A DNA stretch of 64,000 nt from Nitrospinales bacterium (lineage in GTDB: Bacteria; Nitrospinota; Nitrospinia; Nitrospinales; VA-1), in assembly GCA_965223345.1 (NCBI GenBank), contig CBDCWG010000012.1:2816001-2880000 (forward strand). Reading direction: 5' to 3'. The translations under genes were made by a program, and so were the position numbers. The notes under the pieces are model-generated. The model had not been told where the DNA came from and did not search any database. It saw nothing but the letters and a program-made list of their open reading frames with translations. The first letter of the stretch is position 1, and the number at the start of each line of letters is the position of its first letter. This document shows positions 59,486 to 64,000 of this stretch, in pieces.

Positions 59486-62400
59486 ATGAACCGTTCCCGC
59501 ATTTTCGCAGTCGCAGTCCCGTTCCTCACAGCCGTTATTGTTCACAGCATCTTTGTCGATTGCGCCCACGCTCAATTCGACCCGCAGGGGTATTCGATTC
59601 TGGCGAAGAACAGCGTTTGGTTGAAGAAAGGATCGATCACGGTGGATGGCAAGGTGGGTGTCAACGAAGCCACGGGAGGACCGTTCCTGAATTCCACCTC
59701 CGCACTGGTTGTGGGCAAGAGCGCGCAGGTGATGGGCGCGGCGTCGCTGCTTGCAGAAAGCACCAAGGTGAAAGGCAATGCGGTGGTGGATGGGAATATC
59801 TTTTACAACACGCTCACCAGCAACGGCACGATCAACGGGGCGCAGAACACACCGCTGAGCTTGCCTTTGCTGGCGACGTTGCCGACGTTCAATGCCGGGA
59901 CACCTGGGACGACAGACATCGTGGTGGAGCAGGATCAGACGCTGACTCTGGTCGCAGGCGATTACGGCATGGTGAAGGTCAAACGAGGGGGGACGCTGAT
60001 CTTCTCGGGTGGGTTGTATCAGATCAAACTGATCGATGCGCGCAAGAACACGAAACTGCTGTTTCAGGCGACCAGTGAAGTGCGGGTGAAAGAATCTGCC
60101 CGCAGCAAGTCCGGTTCCACCGTGGGTGCGGATTCGGGAGCGAATCTCACGGCTTCGGATATTCTTTTTTATGTCGAGGGCACCGACACGCTTGCGGATT
60201 TGCCGATCGTCAAGTTCGGCAAGAACAACACGGTACTGGGGCATTTCTACGCCCCCAACGGCACGATCTGGCTCAAAAGCGGCACCAACGCACGCGGCGC
60301 GTTTTTCGCCAACAATGTGAAAGCCGGTAATTTCTCCAACATTACTTTAGATGAAGGCCTGCCCCCTGGGGTCAACCAGCTTTCAGGCCGCGTCACGGAT
60401 GCAAACGATGCGGCGCTCGGAACGGACACGCCGGTTGTGGGCGCGACGGTCTCTCTTCTGGGTACTGCGTTCACAACGACGACGGACATCAACGGCAATT
60501 TTGCGCTCACCGGCATCGATGTGGGAGCGCCGGTGCTGGACATCGACGCGACCAATGCCAATCTCGCTCCCGACGGCTCGGCCTATGCGAGTTTTAGGGA
60601 AGAGATCACCATCGAAGCGGGGGCGAATGTGGTGGACCGGCCATTCTTTTTGCCCAGAATCGACGCTTCCAGTCTCACGACCATCGATCCGGCGCAGGAC
60701 ACCGTGGTCACCAACAGCAACATCAACGTGACGCTCACTGTGTTGGCCAACTCCGCCAAAAACCCGGACGGCACCGATTTCACCGGACAGCTTTCGATCT
60801 CGGAGGTGCCGCAGGGGTTCGCGCCAGCAGAGCTTCCGGAGGAGAGCGATCCGGGGCTACTGGTCACCATTCAACCCGTGGGCCTGACGTTCAACCCGCC
60901 CATACAGATCACTTTCCCAAATATCGACCAACTGGAGCCCGGCACGCTGACCAACATCTGGTCGCTCGATCCGGAAACCGGCCAGTTCGATGTGGTGGGC
61001 ACCGGGGAAGTGCGTGCGGACGGCACGGCCATCGATACGATCTCGGGTGGCATTCCCGCCTCGGACTGGCACTTCATGCTCGATATCCCGCGCGCGTTGC
61101 TGGGAGGTGATTTCGATCTGAACAACGCATTCAATCAGGATATGAGCAAGAAAGAAGCGTGTGAGTTTGGCTCCGTCAATCTGATCGGTGAAGGGAGCCT
61201 GACTGTGGATCATTCCACCGCGAGCTACCGCTCCTTCGGCATCTCCCGCAGCCTGCGATTCGTCTACAACAGCCTGCTCGCCGACCCACAACCGATCATC
61301 ACTGCCGCCACGTCCATCGCGACGCTGTCTTCGCTGCCGGTCACGTTCTCGGCCAGCCTGCGTGTGGATGGCGTGCAACAGGGAAGCGAAGTGTTCATGT
61401 CGTCTGCGGGTATGGATCCAAATGTCGATGAAACACTGCGCCAGGCGTTGCAGTTCGATGCGAGCGGGTTCGCGACAGGGAGATATCCCTACAGGATGAC
61501 GCTGGCGGACAATTACATCGCCTCGCGCGTGTTGAATTTCCAGTTCGGCAACGTGCTGGTGAACAACCAGATCGCCAGCCCCTTTGGTGCGGGCTGGGGG
61601 CTCGATGGATTGCAGCGCGTGCACGAACAGGCGGACAACAGCCTGGTACTCACGGACGGCGACGGTTCGACCAGATTGTTTCTGACGGAACGCACCGGCA
61701 CGGGCACGTTCGAGAATCCCTTCATCGCAACGGGGGACGGAGCGTCGGGCATCCCCCTTTCCACAGCCGATTTCAACAACGACGGCATTGAAGATTTGCA
61801 TATCAGCAACCCCGCCGATGGCTCGGTCTCCATCCTGCTGGGCGATGGCAGCGGCGGTTTCACGCTTGCGCCTGCTCCGGCACTGAGCCCACAGGCATTC
61901 ATGATGACAACCGGCGATTTCAACAAAGACGGCAACATGGATCTGATCGGCCGGGAAGAAAGTCTGGACACGATGCTATTGCTCACCGGCGATGGCACCG
62001 GGCAATTCAGCGTGTCCTCGTTTCCAACCGGTGACGGGCCGCGCGGAATCGCGGTCGGCGATTTCAACGGCGATAACAATCCGGATCTCGCCGTTTCTTT
62101 CTCTCAGTCAGATTCAGTGGGCGTGCATCTCGGCGATGGAAGTGGAGGCTTTTCCGCCGTGCAATCCCTGACGGTGACCGGGGATTTTCCTTCCAACATC
62201 TTTGCCGTCGATGTGAACAGCGACGACAACCTGGATATTCTGGTGTTGAACGTTACCGGAAAGTCCACGTCCACCTTGTTCGGCGACGGCAATGGCGGTT
62301 TCAGCGCCCCTGCAACTTTCGGGGTTGGCGGTGCGAGTATCGGCCAAATGAATGTCGTCGATTATGATAAAGACGGTTTCGTGGACCTTATTTTGGGAGA

Positions 62401-64000
62401 CACGGGTTCGACGCAAAACCGTCTCATCACACGACGGGGAGACGGAACCGGATTTTTTCAAAATGTCGTCAGCCTCACTCAGGCGGGCAAACCCAGCAAT
62501 ACGATTATCGAAGATATCAACGGGGACGACAATCTGGACATCGTTCTCGCCCTGTCCAGCACCCAGAGTCTCGCCGTGTTCATCGGCAACAGCACCTTAT
62601 CGGTCGGTCTGCCGACGATCATTGCGGCGGGACAGATCAGCGCGCCGATTCGATCCGGCGACTTCAACGGCGACGGAGTGCTGGACATCGTGGGCAAAGA
62701 CCCGACCGATGCAACGAAGCCGGTGATCCTGTTCGGCGAATCCACAGGCGAGAGCCCACTCGGGGATTTTTCCACATTGCAAAAGAACCCGGACGGCACC
62801 TTCGTCCGTAACATGAAAGACGGTACGAAGATCCACTTCGACGCCAACGGCCTGCACACTTCCACAGTGGACCGGAACGTCAACACCACGACGTTCGGCT
62901 ATGACGGAAACGGGCTTCTCACTTCCATCACCGATCCGGCGGGACTGGTGACCACACTGGCCTATAGTAACGGAAAGCTAACGAGCGTCACAGACCCGGC
63001 CACCCGCATCACCCAGTTCGCGCACGATGCGAACGGCGATCTCACCAGCATCACCGATCCGGACAACACGGTGCGCCAGTTCGGATACGATGCGCGCCAT
63101 CGCATGACCTCACAGACCGGCAAGCGCAACTTCATCACCACCTATGAGTACAACTTCGCCGGACGGCTGGTGAAATCCAACCTGCCGGACAGCTCCACAC
63201 GCGAAGCCACACCCAGCCAGGTTGTGGGACTGGTGGACTCGTCTACGGGACTGGGAACACAGGGCAATCCCGCGCCTTTCGTGCGGCCGGAAGACGTGTT
63301 TGCCACCTTCACCGATGGCAACGGCAATGTCACCCAGTTCATCCTGGACAAGTTCGGCGCCGCAACGGTTGTGGTCGATCCTCTCGGAAGACAGACCGAT
63401 TTCGCAAGGGATGAAAACGGCAATCCGCAGGTGGTCATGCAGCCCAACGGCGCTGTCCGCACGTCCACGTTCGATGCGAAGGGCAACCTCCTCTCCGCCG
63501 TCGAAAGCAGCAACGGCGCCGTGACCCGGTTCACGCACGATGCGGACTTCAACCGCATGACGTCCTTCACCGACGCGAATGACAACACGACCCAATTTGT
63601 TCTCGATGCCTCCGGCAACCTGATCGAGATGATCGACGCCGCAAACACGAAAACCACGCTCGCCTACACGGAACCCGCCTGCCCCGGCATGTCCACGCAG
63701 TTGACCTTCGGGGCCGGACTTGCCGAGGCGAGCCCCGTCACGCGCACGCTCGATCCCGCGACCTGCAACGTGACCTCGCGGTTGAATGCCTTCGGGGAGG
63801 GTAAAGTATTCGAATTCGATGCCGCTGGGAATAATACGAAATCGGTGGACGCCCTGGGCCGGGAGAGCCATTTCGTCTACGACGCCCTCAACCGGCTGGT
63901 CAAATCCATCGACCCGTCCAACGCACTGCCCGATCCGCCCTGCGGGACCGGCGGCGTGACCTGTTTTTCCTACGACGCGGCGGGCAACACCACACAGGTG
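59486..64000 (+). CDS. Giant secreted teneurin-like YD/RHS repeat protein with FG-GAP insert (runs off the window end)
   Basis: Not in the ORF track. Manual translation from ATG 59486 (MNRSRIFAV...CAHA), with segments checked in frame through ...CFSYDAAGNTTQV at the window end. Contains a carboxypeptidase-regulatory-like domain, SPFGAGWGLDG, seven DxNxDGxxD repeats and YD repeats. Confidence 0.9.
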   Translation, partial: MNRSRIFAVAVPFLTAVIVHSIFVDCAHAQFDPQGYSILAKNSVWLKKGSITVDGKVGVNEATGGPFLNSTSALVVGKSAQVMGAASLLAESTKVKGNAVVDGNIFYNTLTSNGTINGAQNTPLSLPLLATLPTFNAGTPGTTDIVVEQDQTLTLVAGDYGMVKVKRGGTLIFSGGLYQIKLIDARKNTKLLFQATSEVRVKESARSKSGSTVGADSGANLTASDILFYVEGTDTLADLPIVKFGKNNTVLGHFYAPNGTIWLKSGTNARGAFFANNVKAGNFSNITLDEGLPPGVNQLSGRVTDANDAALGTDTPVVGATVSLLGTAFTTTTDINGNFALTGIDVGAPVLDIDATNANLAPDGSAYASFREEITIEAGANVVDRPFFLPRIDASSLTTIDPAQDTVVTNSNINVTLTVLANSAKNPDGTDFTGQLSISEVPQGFAPAELPEESDPGLLVTIQPVGLTFNPPIQITFPNIDQLEPGTLTNIWSLDPETGQFDVVGTGEVRADGTAIDTISGGIPASDWHFMLDIPRALLGGDFDLNNAFNQDMSKKEACEFGSVNLIGEGSLTVDHSTASYRSFGISRSLRFVYNSLLADPQPIITAATSIATLSSLPVTFSASLRVDGVQQGSEVFMSSAGMDPNVDETLRQALQFDASGFATGRYPYRMTLADNYIASRVLNFQFGNVLVNNQIASPFGAGWGLDGLQRVHEQADNSLVLTDGDGSTRLFLTERTGTGTFENPFIATGDGASGIPLSTADFNNDGIEDLHISNPADGSVSILLGDGSGGFTLAPAPALSPQAFMMTTGDFNKDGNMDLIGREESLDTMLLLTGDGTGQFSVSSFPTGDGPRGIAVGDFNGDNNPDLAVSFSQSDSVGVHLGDGSGGFSAVQSLTVTGDFPSNIFAVDVNSDDNLDILVLNVTGKSTSTLFGDGNGGFSAPATFGVGGASIGQMNVVDYDKDGFVDLILGDTGSTQNRLITRRGDGTGFFQNVVSLTQAGKPSNTIIEDINGDDNLDIVLALSSTQSLAVFIGNSTLSVGLPTIIAAGQISAPIRSGDFNGDGVLDIVGKDPTDATKPVILFGESTGESPLGDFSTLQKNPDGTFVRNMKDGTKIHFDANGLHTSTVDRNVNTTTFGYDGNGLLTSITDPAGLVTTLAYSNGKLTSVTDPATRITQFAHDANGDLTSITDPDNTVRQFGYDARHRMTSQTGKRNFITTYEYNFAGRLVKSNLPDSSTREATPSQVVGLVDSSTGLGTQGNPAPFVRPEDVFATFTDGNGNVTQFILDKFGAATVVVDPLGRQTDFARDENGNPQVVMQPNGAVRTSTFDAKGNLLSAVESSNGAVTRFTHDADFNRMTSFTDANDNTTQFVLDASGNLIEMIDAANTKTTLAYTEPACPGMSTQLTFGAGLAEASPVTRTLDPATCNVTSRLNAFGEGKVFEFDAAGNNTKSVDALGRESHFVYDALNRLVKSIDPSNALPDPPCGTGGVTCFSYDAAGNTTQV

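Noticed and set aside
59365..63871. Fragmented small ORFs suggesting a pseudogene region
   Set aside because: One + strand frame from 59486 explains the region. It is missing from the track because it has no stop within the window.

Overview
This 64-kb window is GC-rich, gene-dense bacterial chromosome. Gene content suggests a Gram-negative environmental lineage such as Nitrospinota, but that is inference only. From left to right: (1) a minus-strand run of trpE-G-D-C, an antisense lipoprotein, trpF-B-A, a GT2, secreted LRR/NHL/LRR repeat proteins and proA; (2) two signal-less beta-propeller paralogs and a cytoplasmic LRR protein; (3) a MoxR-DUF58-Bat(A-E) cluster interrupted by a Bax-inhibitor/YccA gene, an HtrA protease and a small secreted protein, followed by an FdhF/YdeP molybdo-oxidoreductase; (4) an accessory block with a tandem-FecR protein, three coupled lipoprotein paralogs sharing a near-identical 3' module, ATC-hydrolase, VOC, DUF3313 and a WapI-like protein; (5) regulators, an esterase and ampG; (6) an FGE-family/propeller pair; (7) an exosortase O plus PEP-CTERM/VIT target plus creBC locus, preceded by five phased cre-tag-like repeats; (8) the first 1505 codons of a teneurin-like YD/RHS protein with a 7-repeat FG-GAP insert. 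The strongest candidate for an undescribed system is the tight four-gene operon at 43983-49326. It encodes a MotB-family subunit with a ~285-aa cytoplasmic coiled-coil N-terminus, a class I adenylate cyclase, a MotA/PomA-family subunit and a pentapeptide-repeat protein. I saw no rRNA, tRNA, CRISPR array, integrase or transposase. All family calls come from motif recognition by eye, not database searches.
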